Shown here in pieces: positions 1-9,599 of a stretch of 64,000 bases of DNA (position 1 is its first letter; each line of letters begins with the position of its first letter). Both the position numbers and the translations under genes were made by a program. The notes under the pieces were generated by a model. That model was not told the DNA's origin, did no database searches, and saw only the letters and a list, made by a program, of their open reading frames with translations. Source of the DNA: Candidatus Undinarchaeales archaeon (GTDB lineage Archaea; SpSt-1190; JASMDC01); contig JASMDC010000005.1 of the NCBI GenBank assembly GCA_030753015.1, positions 64,001-128,000 of the forward strand. The letters run 5' to 3'.

Positions 1-185
1 CAAAGCTCTTCGCGTCGGAGATGTCGATCTGGGTAACGAATGAGGCAATCCAGATACACGGCGGCTACGGCTACACCAAGGAGTTCGGCGTGGAGAGGCA
101 CTATAGGGACGCGAAGATCACAACGATATACGAGGGCACCTCGGAGATGCAGAGGATCATCATCTCGAGGGGCGTCCTGTCGTAG
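1..185 (+). CDS. Acyl-CoA dehydrogenase, C-terminal fragment (gene starts before window)
   Basis: Not in ORF track; frame from nt 3 reads [60 protein letters not shown], the classic ACAD C-terminal motifs ([16 protein letters not shown]). Confidence 0.93.
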   Translation, partial: KLFASEMSIWVTNEAIQIHGGYGYTKEFGVERHYRDAKITTIYEGTSEMQRIIISRGVLS

Positions 186-365
186 CTATCTAGGAAGTGC
201 TGCATCAAGGGGAGTGGTAGGTCTTCCCAAACGTGGAACGCACCGATACTCCTTGGAGCGTTAGAGTGCACCCCCCAAGGTCCATCTCGAGGCCATAGGA
301 CGGGATACAGACAGGTGCTTGGGGAGCTCACTCGATGACGTATCGCGCCCCCGGTTAAGACGCCC

Positions 366-1313
366 CTACCGGTCCAGGATCGGAACGGCCGGAATGAGCG
401 GCTTGTAGATGCCCGCATGCACGATGCTGTACTTGAGGAGGAAGATGCCAACGATCTCCAGCAGGCCCGCAAGCCCGATGACCGTGGGCGACACAGCAGC
501 CTGCGTGGCATAGAGCCCGATAAGGAAGGGGAGGACCAAGCCCACGGTGATGGCGCCGCCGTCGAATATCTGGGAGAACCGGCCGGACGTGAGGAAGACC
601 ACGGACTCCCTCGACGCGCTCCCGCGGCCATATTCCCTTCCGAGATAGAAACCAACGAGCACTATGACGCCAAGGATGATCCTTGTCTCGTAGTCGGCCA
701 GGGGACCGACGTCTATGGCGGTCTCTCCCGTTGCCTGCACGAGTATCATGGTCAGAGCGATCCCGCCCTCGAAGGACAGGATCACGAACAGCGGTATCAG
801 CAGCTTCGAGTTCCAGAACGAGATCGCCCGTAGCGTGGAGAAGAGGAAGCCCGGATACACCACCACCAGCAGTGCCGACAGGAATGCGAGCGGCGGCGCA
901 TTGTCCCGGATCGCTGGCCCGAGATCGGGGATCGAACCACCGACGATGGGCAGGAGGGGCGCCACCGAGAGGAACCCGAAGATGATGAAGGCGTTGGCGA
1001 ACATGAAGCCCCGACTGATCCAGGACGACTGGGGCCTGAGCATCGCTCCAATGAACCGCTCCGCCCTCCCCAGGAAGAACAGGTGGGGGAGGCCGTAGCC
1101 GATGAGGAAGGTGAGGAACCCGAGCATCATTCCCCTGCCGAATCCCACGAGATGCGACACCATGAACAGCCCGGGGCCGATGAGCCCGAAGAACATCGCG
1201 ATGTCGAGGAGGAGGCCGCGCGGCCCCATGTCCCCCTTGGCGGACCACTCCTTCTGGAACGTGTAGCCATCCACCGTCGTCTCGAGGAGCTTATTCATCG
1301 GTATTTTCTTCAT
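366..1313 (-). CDS. NrfD/PsrC/DmsC-like membrane anchor of molybdoenzyme complex
   Basis: 315 aa, about 8 hydrophobic segments, LGRAERF...PQSSWISRG motif, third gene of Mo-subunit/Fe-S operon. Confidence 0.85.
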   Translation of the reverse strand: MKKIPMNKLLETTVDGYTFQKEWSAKGDMGPRGLLLDIAMFFGLIGPGLFMVSHLVGFGRGMMLGFLTFLIGYGLPHLFFLGRAERFIGAMLRPQSSWISRGFMFANAFIIFGFLSVAPLLPIVGGSIPDLGPAIRDNAPPLAFLSALLVVVYPGFLFSTLRAISFWNSKLLIPLFVILSFEGGIALTMILVQATGETAIDVGPLADYETRIILGVIVLVGFYLGREYGRGSASRESVVFLTSGRFSQIFDGGAITVGLVLPFLIGLYATQAAVSPTVIGLAGLLEIVGIFLLKYSIVHAGIYKPLIPAVPILDR

Positions 1314-1962
1314 CGTCTCCTTGCCTCCGGGGAAGGTAGTAGACCGAGGGGTCCGTTTCCATCTCGGGCAGCAGCTGGAAGCCGCCCCGCTCCTTGATCA
1401 GTTGCGATACCTTGCTGTCAGGATCGTCTAGATCACCGAACTCCATGGCGTTCGAGATGCACGCAAAGACGCAGAACGGCGTCGCGTCCAGATCGTCACC
1501 GGGTTTCAGGCCGTTGGCCAGGCCCTGATCGACCCTTTCCGCGCAGAAGTCGCACTTGTCGACGACGCCCACGTCGTGCTCGGGATATCTTCGCTGCTCC
1601 CACTTGGACGGTGAATCGAAGTAGGAGCGCTCGACCCCCCTGAACATCCTGGCGTTGTAGGGACATGCCATCATGCAGTACCTGCAGCCGATACAGTCGT
1701 CCTTGTTTATGACGACTATCCCGTCCTCGCGCTGCTCTGTGGCTCCTGAGGGGCAGACCTCGACGCACTGCGGATCCTTGCAGTTCATGCAGCGCTTCGG
1801 GATGTAGAGCCTCGTCACCTTCGGAAAGGTGCCGATCTCCTTCTCCACCACCGTGACCCTCTGGATCCTCGGGCCGAGGGCGTTCTCCACCTTGCAAGCA
1901 ACGGTGCAGGTCTGGCAGCCCGCACATTTCGTCAGGTCGATGACCATGCCCCAGCGGACCAC
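1291..1962 (-). CDS. 4Fe-4S dicluster electron-transfer subunit (DmsB/PadC-like)
   Basis: RWGMVIDLTKCAGCQTC, CMNCKDPQCVEVCP, CIGCRYCMMACP, KCDFC...PFCVFAC; GTG start 1 nt after upstream stop. Confidence 0.93.
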   Translation of the reverse strand: MVRWGMVIDLTKCAGCQTCTVACKVENALGPRIQRVTVVEKEIGTFPKVTRLYIPKRCMNCKDPQCVEVCPSGATEQREDGIVVINKDDCIGCRYCMMACPYNARMFRGVERSYFDSPSKWEQRRYPEHDVGVVDKCDFCAERVDQGLANGLKPGDDLDATPFCVFACISNAMEFGDLDDPDSKVSQLIKERGGFQLLPEMETDPSVYYLPRRQGDDEENTDE

Positions 1963-1963
1963 T

Positions 1964-4681
1964 CTAGTCCACCTTCCTGTAGATCTTTACCTTTACGAGG
2001 TCCGCGGTGCTGCCACCTGCGTCCAGGAGCCCCAGGTCGGGCTTTGTAAGGACGTTGAGGTTGGGGATCCCGAGGTCCTTGGCGAACGGCGTGTTCCAGT
2101 TCCCGAACTGGCCGGTGAACACCACGGTGTCGGGTCTCACCCCTTGACGCGGGACCGCCCTGCCCACGCAGCTCCCGAACGGCGACTCGATGACGATCTT
2201 GTCGCCCTCGGCGATACCGCGTTCGGCTGCCATGGTGCTGTTGATGAGCGCGCCCTTGAATCCGGCAACGTGCTTGGCTGCCTCGGCCATAGCGGGTATG
2301 GCGGCGTTGCTCCCCCAGGCGTACTGCATGCTCCTGGTGTTGACTAGCCACAGGTTGAACTCCGCAGGATCCTTGCCGGCCTTGACGCAGGCCTCGTCCC
2401 ACGGCTTGGAGAAGTCCTCGCATTCCGGCAGGGCCTGGTACTCCTCCAGCTGCGGGTCCCACCAGTGGATGCCCTTGTCGTGCAGGCGCATTTCCAGCTC
2501 CTCGCCGATGATCCGGATCCTTTCCTGGAACGGGAACTCGTACCTCAGCCCCCATCGGACCATCACGGGATGCATGTAGTACCGGATCTGGGGATAGTCC
2601 ACCCCGTAGAAGCCGTGCTCCTTGAACCAATCGAGGCCGTGCTCGTCCTTCCCGTCGCTCAGGATCATGGTCGACGCCTTGCAGAGCCGGTCCCAGAGCT
2701 CCTCCTTCGTGTAGCTCTTCTTGGGATCGAGCTCGTAGTCGTATCCCGAACCCTTGAGCCTGAGGCCCAGGAGCATCCCCGCGTTGATTGCCTCGTTGTA
2801 GAGGTCGAGGATCCCGGTCCTCTCTGCGAGACCGGTGACGAGGTCCGTCATGTCGATGGAATTGACCACGGGCTCCACCGCCGGCTGTCTGAGCGCGAAT
2901 CCGTATGATTTCCAGAACGCCTCGGAGTGGATGGAGGGCCCGAACCGGAAGAGCTGGAGCCCCTCCAGGTCCGTGTGGTCCGGCAGGATTAGGTCCGCGA
3001 AGTGATTGGTCTCGTCCAGTGTGTAGCCGATCGAGACCATGAAGGGTAGCTCCGAAAGACGCTTGAGCACGAGATCGGTGTAGTACATGGATGCCCCCGG
3101 GTTGCCCCGGTAGACCATGAGGACCTCGGGCGGCTTGAACCTGGGCAGCTCCTTCTGGTCCGGGTCCATGGAGAACCAGGCCAGCGGGACGGGACCGAGG
3201 AAGGGCGACCATCCGGTGTTGGCAACGAGGGGGATGAGCTCCGTGTACATGGCCCGGCTCCGGGGTTCAGAGGGCCAGTTCTCCTTGTCGGTGGGATTGA
3301 ACGGGTAGGCCATGAACCCGTCCTTCCCCGGCCAGACGCTTGACCACCTGTCGTGGTGCGGTTTGTTCAACCTCTGGGACGCTCCGACGGTACCTCCTGG
3401 CACCTCGAGCGCGCCGAGGAGCGTGGCAAGAAGCGTCCTCGCCCAGCAGCACTGGTATCCTCCCGGGCCGTTGTTCACGGTCTTGCCCAGGGTGATCGCC
3501 ACCGGCCGGAACGGCAGCTGTTCGCCGGAGATCTCCACGGTCTCGCCCAGACAGGCGGCCTCGACAAGCTCGCGCGCGATCCTTCGTATGGTGTCCACTG
3601 GCAGGTCGCAGATCTCGGCGGCCCACTCGGGAGTGTAGGGCTTCATGTGATCGAGCACCAGCTGGAAGGCCGGTCGACACTCTGCGTCCTCGTATCTCTC
3701 GATCTTGTTGTCGGCCCCGATCTCGATCCCGGACGCCTTGTACGCTCCCTCGAGGGCGTAGCCCTTGATCGTGGGATCGTCGAAGGTCTTGGCGCTCTTG
3801 TCCACGGGATCCCACACCATGGGCTTCTCGCTCTTCTCGTCCCTGAGGTAGTAGCCTCCGGGCCCCACGAGGTACGGGCTGTTCGTCCTCTTCTCGATGA
3901 ACGGTACGTCACAGACCTCACGCCAGTCCATCTCCAGGAGGATCGCGTGGATCATTGCGTACATGAAGGGCGCGTCCGTCTTGGGGCGGATGGGGACCCA
4001 TTCGTCCGATGTCGTTGCGCTGATGGACAGGTGCGGTTCGACCTGGATCCTCTTGCAGCCCCGGTCCCGGGCCCAGGCATGGCGCATGACCCCGGCCACT
4101 CCGCCGCTGGCGTTGGTGTTGTGGCCGAAGGAGAGCACCAGTTTTGTCCTGGGAGTGTCGGATGCCGAGATGAATCCCCGGTGCCAAAGCTCACCGAACA
4201 GGTGCTCGGAGTGATAGCACTTGATCCCCTCGCCCGTTCCGATGGTGAAGTCGATGGCTCCCCACGCGGAGAAGAACGCCGGCATCGTCCCCGCATATGC
4301 CGTGGGCGCGGCGGCCTGGCCCATGATCACCGCAAACTTCGGCATACCGTCCTCGTCGGTGAGGCCATTCTCCCGTATCTTGTTCATCTTCCCCGCCAGC
4401 ATGTCCAGGGCCTCGTCCCAGGATATCTCCTTCCATCCCGGGTCCTCGTCCCTGCCCTTCTTCGGGTTAGTGCGCACCAACGGCGACTGGACACGTCCGG
4501 GGTGGTAGAGCTTCTGGACCAGACCGTAGGCTTTGACGCAGACCCTCCCCTCCGCGGGGCTGATGTCCTTGCAATCCAGGTTGGGCTCGATGCTCCTCAC
4601 TAGGCCGTCCTCGACCACCGCCTTGAACAGGTCGGGGCCGTTGTAGCATTGAAAACAATACGTCGGGAGCTTCTTCTTCAT
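1964..4681 (-). CDS. DMSO-reductase-family molybdopterin catalytic subunit, phenylacetyl-CoA:acceptor oxidoreductase (PadB)-like
   Basis: 905 aa; PTYCFQCYNGPD...VCVKAYGLVQKLY...RTNPKKGRDEDPG and KCYHSEHLFGELWHR resemble PadB as I recall it; no twin-arginine signal. Family certain, substrate inferred. Confidence 0.8.
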   Translation of the reverse strand: MKKKLPTYCFQCYNGPDLFKAVVEDGLVRSIEPNLDCKDISPAEGRVCVKAYGLVQKLYHPGRVQSPLVRTNPKKGRDEDPGWKEISWDEALDMLAGKMNKIRENGLTDEDGMPKFAVIMGQAAAPTAYAGTMPAFFSAWGAIDFTIGTGEGIKCYHSEHLFGELWHRGFISASDTPRTKLVLSFGHNTNASGGVAGVMRHAWARDRGCKRIQVEPHLSISATTSDEWVPIRPKTDAPFMYAMIHAILLEMDWREVCDVPFIEKRTNSPYLVGPGGYYLRDEKSEKPMVWDPVDKSAKTFDDPTIKGYALEGAYKASGIEIGADNKIERYEDAECRPAFQLVLDHMKPYTPEWAAEICDLPVDTIRRIARELVEAACLGETVEISGEQLPFRPVAITLGKTVNNGPGGYQCCWARTLLATLLGALEVPGGTVGASQRLNKPHHDRWSSVWPGKDGFMAYPFNPTDKENWPSEPRSRAMYTELIPLVANTGWSPFLGPVPLAWFSMDPDQKELPRFKPPEVLMVYRGNPGASMYYTDLVLKRLSELPFMVSIGYTLDETNHFADLILPDHTDLEGLQLFRFGPSIHSEAFWKSYGFALRQPAVEPVVNSIDMTDLVTGLAERTGILDLYNEAINAGMLLGLRLKGSGYDYELDPKKSYTKEELWDRLCKASTMILSDGKDEHGLDWFKEHGFYGVDYPQIRYYMHPVMVRWGLRYEFPFQERIRIIGEELEMRLHDKGIHWWDPQLEEYQALPECEDFSKPWDEACVKAGKDPAEFNLWLVNTRSMQYAWGSNAAIPAMAEAAKHVAGFKGALINSTMAAERGIAEGDKIVIESPFGSCVGRAVPRQGVRPDTVVFTGQFGNWNTPFAKDLGIPNLNVLTKPDLGLLDAGGSTADLVKVKIYRKVD

Positions 4682-4709
4682 CGTTGCGTCACTCCATTCC
4701 TATTCTCGA

Positions 4710-5666
4710 TCATAGCCCGTGAAAGGGGCGGGGATTTCGTGCGTACTCGAGGATGTCCGCCATGTAGCCCATGAGACCTACCCTCAGCATCGCCCGGAGC
4801 CATGTGTCCCTCAGGAAGGGCGGTATTTCCTCGGCGGGTTTGCCCGAGCCATCCAGTACCCGGTCTCTTAGCGTCTCCACCAGCTGGTGGAACTCCAGGC
4901 CTTGGCTGAACAGCTCCTTGATATCGTTCCGAGTGTTCTCCACGGTGGTGATGTTCTGCTGGATGAATTTCTGGGGATCCTGCGTGGAGGCCTTCCCGAA
5001 GTGTGGCGTCAGGACCGTCTTGATGTCCAACTCCGAAAGACGTTTGAGTTCTGCAAGAATGAGCTTCGTTTGATAGATTGGGGGGCTTCCTGCCGGTATG
5101 AGAACGTCGGCCAGCTCGGGGTAGTGGAGGCAGAAGGTATCTCCCGTTATCACGGCGCTGCTTTCCTTTTCGTAGAGAGATATGTGATCGGTGGAATGCC
5201 CCGGGCTGTAGAACACCGTCAGTTTCTCCTTGCCGAGGTCGACTATGTCACCGTCGGATACGGGAAGGATCCTCGACCGCTCCACCCCCTCCACCTCGCC
5301 GAACCGGCTGGAGATTTCCGGGCTGAACACCGACTTGCCTCCGCCGGCGATCTTGGCCGGATTGCGGAGGTAGTATGAGCCGCGACCGTGGACCACGACC
5401 CGGGATTCGGGCGCGAGCCGGGCTAGCTCCCCGATGGCCCCTGCGTGGTCGATGTGGGTGTGGGTGGCGATGATATAGTCCAGTTTCCGGACATCGAACT
5501 CCAGCTCTTCGAGCCTGGCGAGCACCGTGGGGAGGGACGAGGGGAAGCCCGGGTCTATCAGGGCGGACCTCTCGCTCCCCTGTATCAGATAGGAGGCGAT
5601 AAGCCTCGGATTGCCGAATGCCTCGGTGTCGATCTGGTGGATGCCGGGTGCGACTTCTTCTGTCAA
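4710..5666 (-). CDS. Metallo-beta-lactamase-fold hydrolase
   Basis: THTHIDHAG, PGHS, TGD, PHFG motifs; likely TTG start at 5666 behind GAGGTGA SD (ORF track extends to 5723). Confidence 0.88.
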   Translation of the reverse strand: MTEEVAPGIHQIDTEAFGNPRLIASYLIQGSERSALIDPGFPSSLPTVLARLEELEFDVRKLDYIIATHTHIDHAGAIGELARLAPESRVVVHGRGSYYLRNPAKIAGGGKSVFSPEISSRFGEVEGVERSRILPVSDGDIVDLGKEKLTVFYSPGHSTDHISLYEKESSAVITGDTFCLHYPELADVLIPAGSPPIYQTKLILAELKRLSELDIKTVLTPHFGKASTQDPQKFIQQNITTVENTRNDIKELFSQGLEFHQLVETLRDRVLDGSGKPAEEIPPFLRDTWLRAMLRVGLMGYMADILEYARNPRPFHGL

Positions 5667-5996
5667 GGTCCTATCACCTCTGGGACGTATTCGATCCGAG
5701 CCTTCGGGGCAAGAGTAGGCCATGAATGTTATAAAATCAATGGATAACCGACTATTTACCCCTTGTCAATTACAATAGGGTCCATCCATAGTGCACTGCA
5801 CAGTAATTAAGTTATAATAGTTTGAAGTTCAAAGCGTCAGCCGGGTTTTTATACAAGTCTGAAGACTAAACTGAACGACCACTGAACCGAAGGAAAAAGG
5901 CAAACATCTGGAACGGCTCAGGATTCTCTCAAGCCCGCAGGATCGCTCAATCCGTCAACAATTTAACGATTTCATGTGGTTGAAGGTTTGATCACA

Positions 5997-7331
5997 ATGG
6001 TTTATTCCGATCATTTCAAAGGGATGGAAAAGGGATTCGACGTCCACCAGGCGGTGGCCGAGGCGAACAGGTGCCTTTTATGCCATGACCCTCCATGCTC
6101 ACGAGGATGTCCCGGAGGAACGGACCCAGGGACGTTCATACGAAAACTGAGGCTGCGCAACATCACCGGCGCGATCCGTACTATCAAGCAGAACAACATC
6201 CTCGGCGGCTCCTGCAGCGTCCTCTGCCCCACGGCACGGCTCTGTGAGGGGGAGTGCTGCGCAACGGATATCGACCGCCCCATCCAGATAGGTCGGATCC
6301 AGCGGTTCCTGGTCGAGCAGTCCTGGATCCAGGATGTCAAGTTCTTCGAGAAGGGCGAGGCCCGCGCAGGCAAGGTCGCTGTCGTCGGCTCCGGACCCGC
6401 GGGGCTGAGCTGTGCCGCAGAGGTCGCCAAGGGGGGATACCAAGTCACCGTGTTCGAATCACGTTCCGAGGTCGGAGGTGTCCTGAGATACGGCGTTCCA
6501 TCCCATAGATTGTCCACCACCATCCTCGAGAACGATCTCCGCTCACTCAGAGAACTGGGGGTGGAGTTCAGGTGCGATTCTCCCGTTCAGGGAGATGGGG
6601 CGGCAGAGGATCTGTTGAATCAGGGGTTCGATGCCGTCTTCCTTGCACCAGGCCTCTGGAAGCCTATTCGATTGAAAGAAGAGGACATCGAGGGGGTCTT
6701 CACGGCGACGGATTTCCTGTCATCCATGCGAGAGAAAAAGCTCGATGGACTAGCACCGTTCTTCTCGGGAAAGGATGTCGCCGTGATAGGCGGAGGATCC
6801 GTGGCGATCGACTGTGTCGAATCGGCACTAGAGCTCGGGGCACGGGACGTCTACCTGGTCTACAGGAGATCGTTCACCCAGATGCCGGCAGAAGAGGATG
6901 AGACGCTTTCGGCCCTGCGGGCCGGGATCCACTTCCTGCTCCTGAACCAGCCCGTCGATTACGTGACGGAGAACGACACCCTCAAGGGTATCAGGCTCGC
7001 AAGGACACAGCTCGGCGAGAAGGACGCTTCGGGCAGGAGGAGGCCGGTGGAAATCCCCGGCTCCGAATGGGTGCTCGCGATCGACGCCGTCATCGAGGCC
7101 ATCGGCTCACGGGCCGCGAACGATTCCCCCCAGTGGTATCCGTCCGTCAAGGTCAACAGCAAGAACCTCGTTGAGGTGGATAGGGAGACCGGTGCGACCT
7201 CCACTAAGGGGATCTTTGCCGGAGGCGATATCATCAACGGGCCCGCTCTCGTCATTGATGCCATCCGGGACGGGAAGGTTGCCGCGACGGCGATCAAAGG
7301 CTACCTGGAAACACTGGAGGTGTCAAAATGA
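5997..7331 (+). CDS. preT: Dihydropyrimidine dehydrogenase FAD/Fe-S subunit
   Basis: CLLCHDPPCSRGCP, GSGPAG, GGGSVAID, FAGGD (GltD-like); overlaps preA start by ATGA. Start at ATG 5997 or GTG 5976. Confidence 0.88.
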   Translation: MVYSDHFKGMEKGFDVHQAVAEANRCLLCHDPPCSRGCPGGTDPGTFIRKLRLRNITGAIRTIKQNNILGGSCSVLCPTARLCEGECCATDIDRPIQIGRIQRFLVEQSWIQDVKFFEKGEARAGKVAVVGSGPAGLSCAAEVAKGGYQVTVFESRSEVGGVLRYGVPSHRLSTTILENDLRSLRELGVEFRCDSPVQGDGAAEDLLNQGFDAVFLAPGLWKPIRLKEEDIEGVFTATDFLSSMREKKLDGLAPFFSGKDVAVIGGGSVAIDCVESALELGARDVYLVYRRSFTQMPAEEDETLSALRAGIHFLLLNQPVDYVTENDTLKGIRLARTQLGEKDASGRRRPVEIPGSEWVLAIDAVIEAIGSRAANDSPQWYPSVKVNSKNLVEVDRETGATSTKGIFAGGDIINGPALVIDAIRDGKVAATAIKGYLETLEVSK

Positions 7332-8581
7332 GCGATGGCGTGGACCTGTCCGTGGAGTTCTGCGGACTGAGATTCAAGAACCCTTTCATGCTGTCCTCGT
7401 CTCCGGTGGCGAACAGCGCCGAGATGGTGGGCCGCGCCTTCGATGCCGGATGGGGCGGGGTCGCCTACAAGAGCGTGGTCACCGACAACATCCCCATCAT
7501 CCACCCTTCCCCACGGATGAAGGAATACGACTACGGCGAAAAGAAGCTGGTCGGCCTCCAGAACGTCGAGCAGACCTCGGACAGGGGCCTCGAGGCGAAC
7601 ATGAAGGACATCAGGTATCTCAAGAAGCACTGGCCGGACCACATCATCCTGGTCAGCATCATGGGCTTCTCGAACCAGGAGTGGGCCGATCTAGCGATCG
7701 CCTGCACGGATGCAGGAGCCGATATGCTGGAGCTCAACTTCTCGTGCCCCCACATGACCGTCGAGGGCTCGGGGGCGAAGGTCGGTCAGGTCCAGGAGCT
7801 GGTCCAGAAGTTCACAGAGACCGTGAACGACGTCACCGAGATTCCCCTGGTCGCGAAGATGACGCCCAACATCACCGATATCAACATCCCTGCGCTCTAT
7901 GCCAAGAAAGGCGGTGCCGATGCGATCTCCGCGATCAACACGGTAATGGCGCTCCCAGGGGTCAACATCGACACGTGGGTTCCCGATCCGGACGTCTTCG
8001 GAAAGGGATCGTTGAGCGGCTATTCGGGCCCCGCCGTCAAGCCCATCGGTCTGAGGTTCATCGCCGAGATGGCCCTCAACAAGGACCTCGGTCTTCCCAT
8101 CTCGGGGATGGGAGGCATCGAGACGTGGATCGATGTTCTGGAATACCTGCTGGTCGGCGCGACCACGGTCCAGGTGACCACGGGGATCATCCACTATGGG
8201 TACAGGATCGTCGAGGACATGGAGGAGGGCCTCTCCGATTACATGGTCTCGAAGGACATCAGCAGGGTATCCGATCTTATTGGGAAGGCTCTTCCCAACC
8301 TCCACGAGACCGACAAGTTCGATCTGAGCAGACAGGGGATCGCCGAGTATGATCTTGAGAAGTGCATCGGCTGCGGGCAGTGCTACATCGTGTGTACCGA
8401 TGCCGGCGGGCAGGCCCTGGAGTGGGATGAGGTGAAGAGAAGGCCGAAGCCCATCGAGGACAAGTGCCTGAGCTGCATGGTATGCAAGTTCGTCTGCCCG
8501 GTCGATGGGCTCATCTCGTTCAAGGAGATGCCATCCTCGTGGAAGAGGCGGGAGACCGTTACACTGGGTGACGACATATAA
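7328..8581 (+). CDS. preA: Dihydropyrimidine dehydrogenase FMN subunit
   Basis: KNPFMLSSSP, ELNFSCPH, KMTPN, GYSGPAVKPI plus C-terminal 2x[4Fe-4S] (CIGCGQC, CLSCMVCKFVCP). Confidence 0.93.
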   Translation: MSDGVDLSVEFCGLRFKNPFMLSSSPVANSAEMVGRAFDAGWGGVAYKSVVTDNIPIIHPSPRMKEYDYGEKKLVGLQNVEQTSDRGLEANMKDIRYLKKHWPDHIILVSIMGFSNQEWADLAIACTDAGADMLELNFSCPHMTVEGSGAKVGQVQELVQKFTETVNDVTEIPLVAKMTPNITDINIPALYAKKGGADAISAINTVMALPGVNIDTWVPDPDVFGKGSLSGYSGPAVKPIGLRFIAEMALNKDLGLPISGMGGIETWIDVLEYLLVGATTVQVTTGIIHYGYRIVEDMEEGLSDYMVSKDISRVSDLIGKALPNLHETDKFDLSRQGIAEYDLEKCIGCGQCYIVCTDAGGQALEWDEVKRRPKPIEDKCLSCMVCKFVCPVDGLISFKEMPSSWKRRETVTLGDDI

Positions 8582-8734
8582 TTATCTAAACAATAAGGAT
8601 AATCCGTATATGCACCCCTGCCCATGCCAGCACGTGGCACGGTTTATTTTCCTCCAGGGCCGGTCAAACCGATACTTTTAAGAAGCTGTATAGATAGGCC
8701 TCGGAAATCAAAATAATGAACGGGGGTCTCGAAA

Positions 8735-9580
8735 ATGGGCAAGATCATAAAGGCTGCAGTGATTCAGGCAAGAGCTGAGAAGGACAAAGAATATATGGTC
8801 AATAAACATATTGACCTTATACGTAAAGCTGGAGAGCAAGGCGTGCAGGTCGTATGTTTGCAGGAGCTGTTCCACGGCCCATATTTTCCCGCAGAGCAGG
8901 ATCCCAAATGGTATGATTATGCCGAGACCATCCCGGGTCCAACGGTCGAGACGATGCAGAAGTTGGCAGCCGAATACAAGATGGTCATCATCGTGCCCAT
9001 CTATGAGAAGACGATCCAGGGAGTGTATTACAACTCGGCGGCCGTGATCGATGCCGACGGAAGCCTTCTTGGTACCTATCGGAAGAACCATATCCCACAG
9101 CTGCCGGGCTTCAATGAGAAGTACTACTTCAAACCGGGGAACCTCGGGTACAAGGTCTTCGACACGGCCTACTGCAAGATCGGCGTCTACATCTGCTACG
9201 ACAGGCATTTCCCGGAGGGTGCCCGGATCCTGGGATTGAATGGTGCAGAGATAGTCTTCAACCCATCGGCGACGATCGAGGGGATATCCAAGTACCTGTG
9301 GGAGCTGGAACAGCCCGCGCACGCCGTCGCCAACGGCTACTTCATAGGCGCGATAAACAGGGTCGGTATCGAAGAGCCCTGGAAGACGGGAAAATTCTAC
9401 GGATGCAGTTACTTCTGTGACCCAAGGGGACAGATCCTAAATAAAGGCTCCGAGGACGAGGACGACATCGTCATCGCGGACCTCGACCTGGGTCTGATAC
9501 TCGAGGTCAGGAACCTCTGGCAGTTCTTCCGGGACAGAAGGCCGGAGACCTACGGAGAGATGGTCGAGCTGCTCCCATAG
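8735..9580 (+). CDS. Beta-ureidopropionase (nitrilase family N-carbamoyl-beta-alanine amidohydrolase)
   Basis: E-K-C triad (LQELF, YRKNHIP, ICYDRHFPE), FFRDRRPETY C-terminus; between preA and hydA. Confidence 0.88.
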   Translation: MGKIIKAAVIQARAEKDKEYMVNKHIDLIRKAGEQGVQVVCLQELFHGPYFPAEQDPKWYDYAETIPGPTVETMQKLAAEYKMVIIVPIYEKTIQGVYYNSAAVIDADGSLLGTYRKNHIPQLPGFNEKYYFKPGNLGYKVFDTAYCKIGVYICYDRHFPEGARILGLNGAEIVFNPSATIEGISKYLWELEQPAHAVANGYFIGAINRVGIEEPWKTGKFYGCSYFCDPRGQILNKGSEDEDDIVIADLDLGLILEVRNLWQFFRDRRPETYGEMVELLP

Positions 9581-9599
9581 AGATAAGGAGGTTGATAAA

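Noticed and set aside
1964-4681. Selenocysteine or Tat export in the Mo subunit
   Set aside because: No in-frame TGA and no RRxFLK signal.
5790-5805. GTGCA-C-TGCAC palindrome upstream of preT as pyrimidine regulon operator
   Set aside because: Short and no convincing copy upstream of the other pyrimidine genes.
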